Positions 10,559 to 20,479 of a stretch of DNA of 32,000 nucleotides are shown here, piece by piece. Made by a program: the position numbers and the translations under genes. The stretch's first letter is position 1, and each line of letters opens with the position of its first letter. The notes under the pieces were generated by a model. The model made no database searches. It saw nothing but the letters and a program-made list of their open reading frames with translations, and was not told where the DNA came from. This DNA is from Wolbachia endosymbiont of Drosophila innubila (GTDB taxonomy: Bacteria > Pseudomonadota > Alphaproteobacteria > Rickettsiales > Anaplasmataceae), in assembly GCF_021378375.1 (NCBI RefSeq), contig NZ_CP076228.1, forward strand, positions 30,001 through 62,000. Direction: 5' to 3'.

Positions 10559-10901
10559 GTCAACAGAAGACGTTATTACTTCACTAATAGAATTTGCAAA
10601 TAAGAGAAAAATAACAATTACCAAAGAAGAAATGCTTAAAATTGCACAGCTTGTAAGGATTAAGTTATCAAATGACGAGATTGATCACTACTCCAAAGAA
10701 CTGACAATGCTGGATTGGATACATGATACTTTATTGCAAGTTAATACTGAAGGTGTTTCTCCTATGCGTTATGGCAGCATAGACAAGGACATTCATGTAC
10801 GCGATGATGTTATAAATTCTCAAAACATTAAAAAAGAGATATTGTCCAATACAAAACCTGAGCATGGGTATTTCGTAGTGCCAAAGGTTATAAGCAATTA
10901 A
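10548..10901 (+). CDS. gatC: Asp-tRNA(Asn)/Glu-tRNA(Gln) amidotransferase subunit C (N-terminus slightly extended, overlaps prs stop)
   Basis: ITKEEMLKIAQLVRIKLSNDEIDHYSKEL...MRYGSIDKDIHVRDDV. Confidence 0.85.
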   Translation: MPAKSTEDVITSLIEFANKRKITITKEEMLKIAQLVRIKLSNDEIDHYSKELTMLDWIHDTLLQVNTEGVSPMRYGSIDKDIHVRDDVINSQNIKKEILSNTKPEHGYFVVPKVISN

Positions 10902-10942
10902 AGTAAAATAAGGCTCATATCAAATCTATAATAGATCTACTT

Positions 10943-12205
10943 TCAAAAATAAGACCAATCCGGTAAAGAAGCATTTGTGGGAGTGGAAACCATTTTTTGA
11001 TCTTTCTTTACTAAGTCTACTAAATATAGTTTAGAGTTGCTTGGTGATTCTGTTCTTGTAAAAATGATTTCTCTACCATTTGGTAACCATGCCGGGGATT
11101 CAATTTTATGCCCCTCTGAAAGCAGACGTTCTTCTTTGCCATCTGGCTTCATAACTCCTATGTAAAATTTTCCTGACTGAATCTTTGTAAAAGCTATCAG
11201 ATCTCCTTTTGGCGACCAAACAGGCGTAGCATATCTTCCACTTCCAAAACTAATTCTTTTAGGTTTTTTACTTTTGTTAGTAAAATCGATAACGTACAGT
11301 TGCTGACTCCCACTTATATCAGAACTAAAAGCCATATACTTTTGATCTGGAGAAAAAGAGGGAGAAGTGCTTATAGCTGAACCTTTAGTAATTTTTTTTG
11401 TTCGTTTACTACTTAAATCCAAAGATAATATATTCGTTTCACCACCCAATGAGTGGGAAATTAAAAGAGATTTACCATCGGGAGAAAATCTTGGTGCAGA
11501 AACAACTCCTTCAAATGCGCTGATTATTGATTCAGTGTTATCTTTTAAATTTTTTAATATTATATAACTTTTACCATTTGCGTACGAGATATAAACAATA
11601 CCCTTTCCATTTGGTGAGAATCTCGGTGTTGACACAAATCTATCGCCATTTGTTAAGTATTTTATATTACTTCCATCTTGATTCATCACAGCAATTTTAC
11701 GCACAGATTTGTAGTTGCTATCTTTTTCTTCAGCGATATACGTGATTTTTGTGTTGAAGTGCCCTTTCTCACCAATTAATCTATCATGTATCACATCCGA
11801 AACGAGGTGACCAATTTTTCTCCAGTCTTTTGCTGGAAAAACAACTGACTGAGTAAGTAATTCTCTTTTTGTAAAAGCGTCAAATAAACGAAATGATAGC
11901 TCTAATGCACTACCAGATATTTCGCTTAAACTTACTGTGACTACAGTATCGCTTTTCCAAGATTTAGATTCAGCTTCCGCGCCACGTTTTACATTAAATA
12001 AGCCACAATTAGATAAATTTGTTCCTATTACCTTTGCAATATTTTCGCTTAATTCGCTTTCCAACGCTGTTTTACATGTACATTTAGATACAACAAGACC
12101 AATGTTACCAACACTGCTTTTTTTTATATCAACATATAAAGCAGCTTTTGTAAAATAAGGAATAAATAACGAAATAAATAACACCAGATGAACGAATAGC
12201 TTCAT
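10943..12205 (-). CDS. tolB: Tol-Pal system protein TolB
   Basis: Signal peptide plus beta-propeller repeats (SPRFSPNGKGIVYISY, SPSFSPDQKYMAFSSDISG, TPVWSPKGDLIAFTK). Confidence 0.93.
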   Translation of the reverse strand: MKLFVHLVLFISLFIPYFTKAALYVDIKKSSVGNIGLVVSKCTCKTALESELSENIAKVIGTNLSNCGLFNVKRGAEAESKSWKSDTVVTVSLSEISGSALELSFRLFDAFTKRELLTQSVVFPAKDWRKIGHLVSDVIHDRLIGEKGHFNTKITYIAEEKDSNYKSVRKIAVMNQDGSNIKYLTNGDRFVSTPRFSPNGKGIVYISYANGKSYIILKNLKDNTESIISAFEGVVSAPRFSPDGKSLLISHSLGGETNILSLDLSSKRTKKITKGSAISTSPSFSPDQKYMAFSSDISGSQQLYVIDFTNKSKKPKRISFGSGRYATPVWSPKGDLIAFTKIQSGKFYIGVMKPDGKEERLLSEGHKIESPAWLPNGREIIFTRTESPSNSKLYLVDLVKKDQKMVSTPTNASLPDWSYF

Positions 12206-12210
12206 TCATT

Positions 12211-13878
12211 TCATACCTGTTCTATCTGAACCTCAATTATAGGCCTTTTTAGTAAATATTCCTTTAAGATACTCAATATTGAACTTTCAATCTTATTTTG
12301 AATTTTTTTTGTTGGCTGCAAACTAAACAACGACTCAACTTTCTTGACAATTTTCTGTATGGTAGCTGCATCTTCTAGCACTTCAAAAACACCAGGTACA
12401 AATACTTTTGGTTTAGCAAGCAATTTATTTTTCTTGTTTACAACTGCTGTTACCACAATAACTCCGGCATCTCTCATTCTTTTACGCATTTTTATAACAC
12501 TGCTCTCCGGATGACGTAGCAACATACCATCAATACCAAAGTAGTCAACATCAATTGAATCAACCTTTCCTCCGTTCTCCAAATTAACAATATCACCTGG
12601 TGCAATCATTATTGCTTTTGCCACACCGCACTCTTTAGCAAATTTTACATGTGCATGCGTGTGAATATATTCGCCGTGAACTGGAATAGACATCTTCGGT
12701 TTTATTAAAGAATACATTTCCTTTAGCTCTTCTCTTGTTGGATGCCCAGAAGCATGAACATGCTCTGTTTTTTCAGTAATAACTTCTACCCCCATCTCAA
12801 TAAAGGCATTGAGCATGTTGTGCGCACGAGTTTCATTTCCAGGAATGATTTTTGACGAAAAGATCATGGTATCACCTTGCTGCATTTTAAATGCTTGATG
12901 ACTCTTAGCAGCAAGTCTTGCGGTAGCTGCCAGTGGCTCACCTTGACAACCTGTGCAAAGTAGCACCAGTTCTTCCCTTGGAAAATTTACTGCTTCCTTT
13001 GCTTCAAGAAACTGAGGAGAATCAGTTAAATAACCACTATCTTGCGCAACTTTCACTATTCTCCATAAAGATCTACCAAGTAAAACTACTTTTCTATTTA
13101 GTGCTTTTGCAGCTTGGCTTATCGTTTCAATTCGTGCCACATTTGAAGCGAATAGCGAAACAGCAACTAATTTTTTAGACCGCTTTATTATGTTATAAAT
13201 ATTATTATAAATTTCACCTTCTGACTCAGGGTGATGCTTGCTTAATATATTGGTTGAATCGCAAATTGCTGCAAGCAGGTCACCTTTATCGCCAATTTCT
13301 TTTAGACGCTCCATATTAGAAGTTAATCCAACAACAGGTTTTGGATCAAATTTCCAGTCTCCGGTATGGAGTGCACTACCCATTTCAGTGCTAATTAATA
13401 TTGAATTTGCCTCAGGAATTGAATGAGTTACATTTATAAACTCGACGGTAAAAGGACCCAAATTTATGCTGCCATTTATGTCTACCTCTTTCACAGGCAC
13501 TATACCTTCCAATCGAAATTCTTTTAGTTTCTCTTTAAGAAAATTAACCGTAAACTTTGTTGTATATATGGGGCACTGCAACTCTTCCCACAAGCGGGGC
13601 ACTGCACCGCAGTGGTCCTCATGTGCATGTGTAATTATTATTCCAAGTAAATCTTTTTTTCTTTGAGCAATAAAATCTATATCAGCAATGAGCAGCTCAA
13701 CACCTGGCATAGTTTCATCTGCAAAACCAACACCAAGGTCGATCATAATCCACTTACCTTGGTAATGATATAGGCTAACATTCATCCCGATTCTTCCTAC
13801 TCCCCCAAGCGGAAGAAATAAAAACTCATTTTTGTTTATATTCATTAAATTTAAATTATTAAAACCTGAGAATAGCAA
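12211..13878 (-). CDS. rnj: Ribonuclease J-type metallo-beta-lactamase/beta-CASP RNase (start may be internal ATG MNINKN)
   Basis: THAHEDHCGAVP (HxHxDH), ALHTGDWKFDP, HASGHPTREE, VHGEYIHTHAHVKFA. Confidence 0.92.
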   Translation of the reverse strand: MLFSGFNNLNLMNINKNEFLFLPLGGVGRIGMNVSLYHYQGKWIMIDLGVGFADETMPGVELLIADIDFIAQRKKDLLGIIITHAHEDHCGAVPRLWEELQCPIYTTKFTVNFLKEKLKEFRLEGIVPVKEVDINGSINLGPFTVEFINVTHSIPEANSILISTEMGSALHTGDWKFDPKPVVGLTSNMERLKEIGDKGDLLAAICDSTNILSKHHPESEGEIYNNIYNIIKRSKKLVAVSLFASNVARIETISQAAKALNRKVVLLGRSLWRIVKVAQDSGYLTDSPQFLEAKEAVNFPREELVLLCTGCQGEPLAATARLAAKSHQAFKMQQGDTMIFSSKIIPGNETRAHNMLNAFIEMGVEVITEKTEHVHASGHPTREELKEMYSLIKPKMSIPVHGEYIHTHAHVKFAKECGVAKAIMIAPGDIVNLENGGKVDSIDVDYFGIDGMLLRHPESSVIKMRKRMRDAGVIVVTAVVNKKNKLLAKPKVFVPGVFEVLEDAATIQKIVKKVESLFSLQPTKKIQNKIESSILSILKEYLLKRPIIEVQIEQV

Positions 13879-14054
13879 AACTTCGACCTTAAATAAAGAA
13901 ATTTATTGCTTTTACATAGTTTTAAGGAACTAAGAAGTTTCTGTTGGCTAATAATAACACTATTGTTAAGTTTTCCATTAATAAGGTCAAAGAATTGCAG
14001 GATTAAATGAAAACCCGTAAACAGTTACCCCTTTAATGTCATTTAGCAGATTTC

Positions 14055-15173
14055 TTATTTTTTTTTTACTTTACTAAAAAACCCTTCAGATTGCTGTTGT
14101 ACACTTGCATTTTCCTCTTCTTCAAGCGCTTTTAATAGTTCAATTTGCTTTTTAGTTAAATTTTTTGGATTTAAAGTCTCAACTATTACCTGTACGTATA
14201 AATCACCACGAGCATGTGAGTTCATATATGGCATACCCTTTTCCCTACAACGTAGTTTGGTACCAGTTTGAGTGCCTTCAGGGACCTTTACTTTTATTTT
14301 AGCTCCATCAATTGATTGAATATCGATTTCACCACCAAGCACTGCTAGTGTCATTCTTATAGGCACTTTACAGTGTAAATCTGCTTTATTTCTAGCAAAG
14401 ATTTTATGGAAAATTATTTTCACGTATACGTATAAATCTCCACTTTTTCCACCTTTTGTTCCAGCTTCTCCTTTACCACTTATCCTTACCTTAGCTCCTT
14501 CTTCTATGCCTTTTGGAATTGAAACGGATATATTTACTTCATCTCTTCTACGTCCACTTCCATCACATTTCTTACATTTGTTTTGTATTATTTCTCCTTC
14601 CCCATAGCATGTAGTACATGTTCTTTCGATGGTAAAAAAGCCTTGTTGAGTTCTAATCCTACCGCTTCCCTGGCATGTGTGGCACTGAACTGGTTTAATT
14701 GCTCCTTCGCCACCTGTGCCTTGGCATGTATCACATTTTACATTTGTCACATAATGTATAGGCGCTTGTATTCCTTTAAATGCATCTTCTAAGGTAATTT
14801 CAAGATCATAACGTAGGTCTGCTCCAGATACTCCTGTTGTACTTCTTTTTGCTCTCGATCTACTTGCACCACCACCGAATCCTCCACCAAAGAAGTCATT
14901 GAATATGTCGCTAAAATCTCCTGCAGAGCTAAAGCCTTGAAATCCACCAGAAGCACCTTCGTGGCCATAACGGTCATAGCCTGCCCTTTTCTCAGAGTCA
15001 GACAGAACTTCATATGCAGCTGTTACTTCTTTAAATTTTTCCTCTGCTTCTTGATTGCCAGGATTTCTATCAGGATGATATTTTAATGCTAATTTTTTAT
15101 ACGCTTTTTTTATCTCATCAACACTGGCATTTCTGCCTACTTCCAGCAGATCATAGTAGTCTTTTTTGCTCAT
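14055..15173 (-). CDS. dnaJ: Chaperone protein DnaJ
   Basis: J domain with HPDRN, G/F region, four CxxCxGxG zinc-finger motifs. Confidence 0.97.
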   Translation of the reverse strand: MSKKDYYDLLEVGRNASVDEIKKAYKKLALKYHPDRNPGNQEAEEKFKEVTAAYEVLSDSEKRAGYDRYGHEGASGGFQGFSSAGDFSDIFNDFFGGGFGGGASRSRAKRSTTGVSGADLRYDLEITLEDAFKGIQAPIHYVTNVKCDTCQGTGGEGAIKPVQCHTCQGSGRIRTQQGFFTIERTCTTCYGEGEIIQNKCKKCDGSGRRRDEVNISVSIPKGIEEGAKVRISGKGEAGTKGGKSGDLYVYVKIIFHKIFARNKADLHCKVPIRMTLAVLGGEIDIQSIDGAKIKVKVPEGTQTGTKLRCREKGMPYMNSHARGDLYVQVIVETLNPKNLTKKQIELLKALEEEENASVQQQSEGFFSKVKKK

Positions 15174-15255
15174 ATATAATAGTTTAGTGCTTAACCTTTA
15201 AAGATAGGTATTACATATATTAATTTCAAGTGTGACTTCTGTTTCCTATAAAATG

Positions 15256-15333
15256 TGGTGCACCCTGAGCGACTTGAACGCCCGACCTTTTGATCCGTAG
15301 TCAAATGCTCTAATCCAACTGAGCTAAGGGTGC
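15256..15333 (-). tRNA. tRNA-Arg (anticodon ACG), CCA encoded
   Basis: Reverse complement GCACCCTTAGCTCAGTTGGATTAGAGCATTTGACTACGGATCAAAAGGTCGGGCGTTCAAGTCGCTCAGGGTGCACCA; 7-bp acceptor stem, loop CTACGGA. Confidence 0.93.
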
Positions 15334-15409
15334 TTTCACAAAGTTAACTTTAGCAGGTTTTGTAGCTTGATTCAATTAATTTGGCTAAAAATAAAACTAT
15401 TGATTTCTA

Positions 15410-16351
15410 TCATACATGAACCTTATAATTCTCAGGCTGCCATTTCGTATTAGAATTATCAAATTCACTACGAGGAGGAGCAGTTGGAGCAGTTGGAGTA
15501 GTTGGAGTAGTATTAGGATCGTAAGAAGGTGGTGCATCATAACGAGGAGAATCTCCATAACCATGCCCTTGTCTAAGATAGCTATCTACCGCTCCTTTAG
15601 CTTTCTCGATATTTTCTAATTCTTCCTCATGCTTCATATGAAAAGCTAAACCACCAGCAAAACATACGAGAGAATTAACGCCAAGGATAGCTAAACCCCA
15701 CACTGGTAAGACTGGGTAAACAGCACAAGCTACCAAAGCTGCCAAAGAAACAACGCCAACCGCAAATTCTATATTTCTGAACGTTTTAAATTTACTATCC
15801 AGGTAATCTATTTTTTCTTCTTTTCTAGCCACTTTTCTGCTGCTGTTATACCAAAAACACATACCAGCATGGAAAGCAACACACACAACTGCAGCTACTA
15901 TACCCAAAGCTAATAGCTTTCTACTGTCTTCTGATTCTTTTTTATTCTCTTTTCTCCCTTGATGAGTGGTATTACCATTGTTAATATTCGTTATATTATT
16001 AACCGTAGTGTGACCACGTCCACCGAATAAAGAATCCATCCAGCATTGTAATAGCAAATAATCCCAAAAATCTAAACCTCTATTGTGTACATGTATATGT
16101 GTAATCTGAGAGCCTGTAGGTTGTGCGTTATTCCCTGCGTTATATTGATCATTTCTGCTTCCTGTATCGTGCCTATTGCTTGAACTTGGATGTGTAAATT
16201 CTTCATACACATTTTTAAAATTCTCCTTGCTCCAAGTTAAATTCGGTGTATTATTACAATACTCTAGAAACCCTTCAATATTATTATCACCTAATTTCTT
16301 TATATAGGCTAACGCATACCTTTTTAAAACACTATTACTTGCTACCATCAA
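15410..16351 (-). CDS. Hypothetical membrane protein with Pro/Thr-rich C-terminus containing PPSY; candidate effector
   Basis: Two hydrophobic stretches (LLALGIVAAVVCVAFHAGMCFW; VGVVSLAALVACAVYPVLPVWGLAILGVNSLVCFAGGLAF); C-term SPRYDAPPSYDPNTTPTTPTAPTAPPRSEF. Confidence 0.75.
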   Translation of the reverse strand: MMVASNSVLKRYALAYIKKLGDNNIEGFLEYCNNTPNLTWSKENFKNVYEEFTHPSSSNRHDTGSRNDQYNAGNNAQPTGSQITHIHVHNRGLDFWDYLLLQCWMDSLFGGRGHTTVNNITNINNGNTTHQGRKENKKESEDSRKLLALGIVAAVVCVAFHAGMCFWYNSSRKVARKEEKIDYLDSKFKTFRNIEFAVGVVSLAALVACAVYPVLPVWGLAILGVNSLVCFAGGLAFHMKHEEELENIEKAKGAVDSYLRQGHGYGDSPRYDAPPSYDPNTTPTTPTAPTAPPRSEFDNSNTKWQPENYKVHV

Positions 16352-16562
16352 TACCCCCTTAAGTTAAGGTTAAATTAATAAATATTTATTATAACAAGAT
16401 AACATCTACTTGTCAACTTGAGCCTGATTCAAGTATCCGTTCAGAGTGTGGCAGAAGAACTTATTCAAATAAAGTAGGTGGTAAAATATAAACATTTTAT
16501 AAAGTGAAAAATGGACTTTTTAGACCACTGCCGAGCTAAAAAAGCCCTGAAAAACGTGATAC

Positions 16563-16891
16563 TTAGGCCACTTCTTGCTTAAGCTGTACAATTTCAGCTT
16601 GAGAAAGGCCAGTGGATTCAGCTATTAAATTAACAGATACACCAGCTTTAAGTAAATTTTTTGCAACTTCGATTTTTCCTTTCTCTATACCTTCCTCAAG
16701 TTTGTATTCAAGAATGGCTTCTTCTTTCCGCAGATCCATTATTCTTTCTTCATATGCTACTAAATCTTTTTCATTCCAGCTAAACCTGTCTAATTCATCG
16801 TAGGCTAACTTTATTATTGGTGCTTTTTCTGCTATTTTCCTTAAGTCTTCTTCCGCAGTTTCATCTGCATATTGTTGTCTAAGTGAAGAAG
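16563..16891 (-). pseudogene. 3' part of Rpn/PD-(D/E)XK nuclease family transposase-like gene, downstream of the group II intron
   Basis: SSLRQQYADETAEEDLRKIAEKAPIIKLAYDELDRFSWNEKDLVAYEERIMDLRKEE...; joins in frame to the segment at 20082..20466. Confidence 0.8.
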
Positions 16892-17119
16892 GTCGCCCCT
16901 CCTCACTCGACTTCAAAACCGTACGTGAGACTTTGCGCCTCATACGGCTTCTCTCCAATTTGGAGCTTTTCATGCACACCTCCTGTGTAATTCATCGTGA
17001 CAATGTCCATGTAACAAAGATAAGTTTTTGATCATGTTGTTTCGTCTATTCCGGTCTTTGTGATGTATTTCTATTGTATCATCACTTTTAAACCATAGTC
17101 TACAATTATCACATTTACT

Positions 17120-17518
17120 TTATTGTAACTTCAATAGTTTTATTACTCTTAATGGCTTATCTGGTATTTTTCTCAGACGTTTACCCCAATAAACCCAATC
17201 ACCATCATATGGAGATCTGGTTTTTTGCACTTTGATATGTCGTTTAATAACATGATCGCTGTGTATAATAAAATGTATCTTGTTACTTGTCATAAAACGC
17301 CAGTTATCGTTATTATACTTTTTAAAGTATTTTCTTTTTATCCAGCATTTCCCTTTGTTTGGGTACCTAAAGACTGCCCACTTCCAGAGCTTTCTATGTA
17401 TAGTATTATCCAATGAGCTAAAGATTTTACATGAAACTACCGAAGAGTAATATTGACTCCATCCTCTGTTTATTGGATTGAGATTCCTTATTATTACTTC
17501 CTGTGGCGCCCCACGCAT
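17120..17518 (-). pseudogene. C-terminal (maturase) part of group II intron-encoded protein
   Basis: IIRNLNPINRGWSQYYSSVVSCKIFSSLDNTIHRKLWKWAVFRYPNKGKCWIKRKYF; cut from the RT part by the IS. Confidence 0.8.
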
Positions 17519-17628
17519 TTCTCTAAGTTTATGTTTAATAGCAAATGTATGCTGCTTTATAGAATTACGACTTGGTTTTATTAATAATGTGTAACCTTTT
17601 TTACTTTCTTTTGTTGGATATTGTCTTA

Positions 17629-18540
17629 GAGGTTGTCCGGAAACAAGTAAAAGGCTATAATATCTGAAATTTTAGTACGGGGTAAAGATGAGAAAAAAGT
17701 ATCCAACAGATCTAAGCGAAAGGGAATGGGCAAGAATAGAAAAACACTTCAGAGTATCATACAAGAAAGAGGAAGGCTGCCAAAGTATAGCAAAAAAAAA
17801 TATTAGAAGCAATTTTCTATGTATTGCGTACAGGGTGTCAATGGCGGTATTTACCAAATGATTTTCCGCTATGGAAGACTGTGTATGAGCAGTTCAGGCA
17901 ATGGAAGAAGCAGGGAATTTTTGAGAAAATGAATTATGAAATTACAAAATATAGTAGAAGAAAAATAGGAAAGAATGAGCAGCCGAGTGCCTGTATAGTA
18001 GATAGTCAATCTGTAAAGACTACAGAAAAGGGGGATCAAAGCTATGATGGAAGTAAAAAGTAAAGGGTAGAAAAAGGCATATAATTACAGACACTCAGGG
18101 TTTTATACTAGGTTGTTACGTAGGCGCTGCTAACGAAAATGATAGAGATGGTATTAAAATAGCATTAAACAATATGAGAACAAAATATACTAAAGTTAAA
18201 AAAATGTGGGCTGACATGGGATACCAAGGAAGAAATTTAAAGAATCACATAAAGGAAGAATATGACATAGATATTGAAATTGTTAAAAGGCCTCCATGTA
18301 GATTTTGGGTGCACAAAGATACGCCACCTGAGCTACTACCAACAAGAGAACAAGGGTTTAAAAGTACAGCCAAGAAGATGGGTTGTAGAAAGGACTTTTG
18401 CTTGGGTTAATAGGAATAGAAGGCTATCGAAGGAGTATGATTTACTCACAACATCCACTGAGAATTTCATATACCTAGCTATGAGTAGGGTTATGTTAAA
18501 GAGGGAATATGCTTGAATTTACTAGTTTCCGAACAACCTC
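17629..18540 (+). mobile_element. IS5-family (IS1031-like) insertion sequence, 912 bp; ISWpi1-like by size and family
   Basis: Terminal inverted repeats GAGGTTGTCCGGAAACAAGTAA / GAGGTTGTTCGGAAACTAGTAA; 3-bp direct repeats TTA at 17626..17628 and 18541..18543; transposase fragments TGCQWRYLPNDFPLWKTVYEQFRQW and [22 protein letters not shown]. Confidence 0.9.
17684..18516 (+). pseudogene. IS5-family transposase spread over several frames
   Basis: Frame changes near A9 tract (about 17792..17800), near 18056 (SKK* vs KVKGRKRHIITDTQGF) and near 18362 (GFKSTA vs [15 protein letters not shown]). Confidence 0.75.
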
Positions 18541-18543
18541 TTA

Positions 18544-19545
18544 TTGAAAATCCAAGAAAATCAAATCCTGGTTTTGTTTCGTCAATGGTTCTTAATGTAT
18601 GAGAAATTCTTGTTTTAGAGGGCTTTAATTTTAGTCCAATGGTTTCTAACCATTCTTCAACTAAAATTTTTGCTTTAAGAATAATCTCTTCGTTTTCATG
18701 TATGATGACAAAATCATCACAGTAGAAAATTACACTAATAGACTTTTGCGCGTTTTTATGCGATATCCTACCATATTTTCTTTTCATGCATTGAAAGAGT
18801 TCGTTTGTTAGTGCTTTTTTGACATGTTGCTCTAATCCGTGTAATGCAACACAAGCTAGCAACGGTGCCTCCTTGAATTGTACCACGTTTTGTGGATTGA
18901 AGCTTTCCACCTTCCATAACACCCGCTTCTAACCATCCTCTTATGATTTTCTTTAACGCTGGTGTGGTTTTCAAGCAGTTTATTATGGTTAATATTGTCA
19001 AAGCATCCAGAAATATCAGCATCTAATACATATGCTGTTTTCTGTTTTAGCACATTAAATATGGCTTCAATTGCATCATGACATGATCTACCAGGTCTAA
19101 AACCATAAGTGTTTGGCTCAAGTTTTGCCTCCCATTCTGGTTCCAACACCATTTTTACAAGTGTTTGTTTTGCTCGACACGATATAGTTGGTATACCAAG
19201 CGGGCGATATTCCGATGGCTTACCAGGTTTTGGGATCCAGACACGTCTTGATGGCTTTGCTTTCTCTCTTATATCTAAGGAGTTTGCCAATTGCAATCTT
19301 TCTTTTTGACTAAGGTTAGCTTTTCCATCAATACCTGCAGTTTTTTTCCCTCTGTTGTCCTGAGTTACCCTTCTAACTGCGATCGTTCTTGCACTTGTTG
19401 ATTTGAGTAATAATCTCTGAAGGTTGTGCATCTTTTTGATATCATTACATTTAGAGGCTTGGTAAATTCGTTTTTGTAGCTTAAATGAAGATTTCTTCAG
19501 CTTTCGCCAAGGAATTCCATTCCATTCATACCTAGCTTTTTGCTA
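18544..19545 (-). pseudogene. Group II intron-encoded reverse transcriptase, N-terminal and RT part, with at least two frameshifts
   Basis: ORFs 18856..19431 (YGFRPGRSCHDAIEAIF, VLDADISGCFDNINH), 18768..19022 (KRGTIQGG), 18491..18922 (IFYCDDFVIIHENEE, FDFLGFSIR) are consecutive RT segments in different frames. Confidence 0.85.
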
Positions 19546-20081
19546 GTCCATAACATATTCACTACTATTCACCACTTTACCTTCCAAATTAAAGTGTTTA
19601 CGTCTGCATATCCCAGATATTACTTTGGGCATTAGCTTCTTAAATAATCCTTCCACATAGCGGCTTGTGGTTGGCTACCTACTTATATTTAATGAATATA
19701 AGAGCTTTTATGTGGTTACTCCGTTCCATAGCTTCGTTTCACGTTAAACTTAGATTCCTACTATTTGCCGGAAGCTGGGAACATCAATAACTAAAGTCTT
19801 CAATCTTTAGTTCCCCTTTTGCTTCGTACCATTTTGGTCTATGCGTAGTTCAACCTCTTTTCGCATACTATGCTTTGACGACAATTCAAACATAGGTTCC
19901 TCTCGTAATCATATCTAACTCTGTTTGCAGGGATTCACCATGAGGTTTAGTGTTACCTACTTTTATCTCATGCTTGCATCCCAAAGGTTGCCATCCTTTG
20001 AAATGTGAGACATACATTATCCCCGATGTCTAGGGAAGATGGAATTTAACCATCACAAAACCACGGCTTTCCGGGTCGCAC

Positions 20082-20466
20082 TGAAGAAAAATAACCAACG
20101 ATCCACTATGCTTTCTAGCTGTTCTTCCTTATTCTTAGGAAATTTAGGTAGTTCAATAAATACAAATTGAAAATCTTTTAAGTCATGCTCATAGGTTTTC
20201 TCATCTCTTATAGTGTGGCTGGATATATAATCAAGCTTATCAGGAAATAAATTACAATTAGAGATAGCAATAAAGAAAACCTTCTTTAAATCAATGTACT
20301 TACCAGATTTATCAGCTTGCCTTGAGTAAGCCTTAGCAGCATATAGTTGAGCTCGTTTCTCAAAACCTTTATCACGAGCAAACTGATCAGGTAAGGAAGC
20401 AGTATTACTACTACTCCCTCCCTTAGAAACCTTACTATTACCCACAAATATGAGGTTCATGAGCAA
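20082..20466 (-). pseudogene. 5' segment of Rpn/PD-(D/E)XK nuclease family transposase-like gene (N-terminal part missing)
   Basis: KGFEKRAQLYAAKAYSRQADKSGKYIDLKKVFFIAISNCNLFPDKLDYISSHTIRDEKTYEHDLKDFQFVFIELPKF...SIVDRWLFFF. Confidence 0.8.
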
Positions 20467-20479
20467 GCCTCCATCCTTC

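Larger units (their letters stand above)
16892..20081 (-). mobile_element. Group II intron (second), degraded intron-encoded protein, interrupted by a 912-bp IS5-family element
   Basis: 5' GTGCGACCCGGAAAGCC at 20081 (reverse complement), domain V-like GAAGCCGTATGAGGCGCAAAGTCTCACGTACGGTTTT at 16916..16953, 3' ...GGGGCGAC at 16892; RT fragments between. Confidence 0.85.

Noticed and set aside
11367-12158. Plus-strand ORFs opposite tolB
   Set aside because: Antisense shadow ORFs; tolB frame is fully coding with recognisable repeats.
14583-15013. Cysteine-rich plus-strand ORF (14583..14792) and minus alternate-frame ORF (14789..15013)
   Set aside because: Shadow ORFs of dnaJ; the cysteine pattern comes from the zinc-finger coding region read on the wrong strand or frame.
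15416-15619. ORF with RRSSWSSWSSWSS repeat
   Set aside because: Antisense reading of the 9-bp repeats encoding the Pro/Thr linker of the minus-strand gene.
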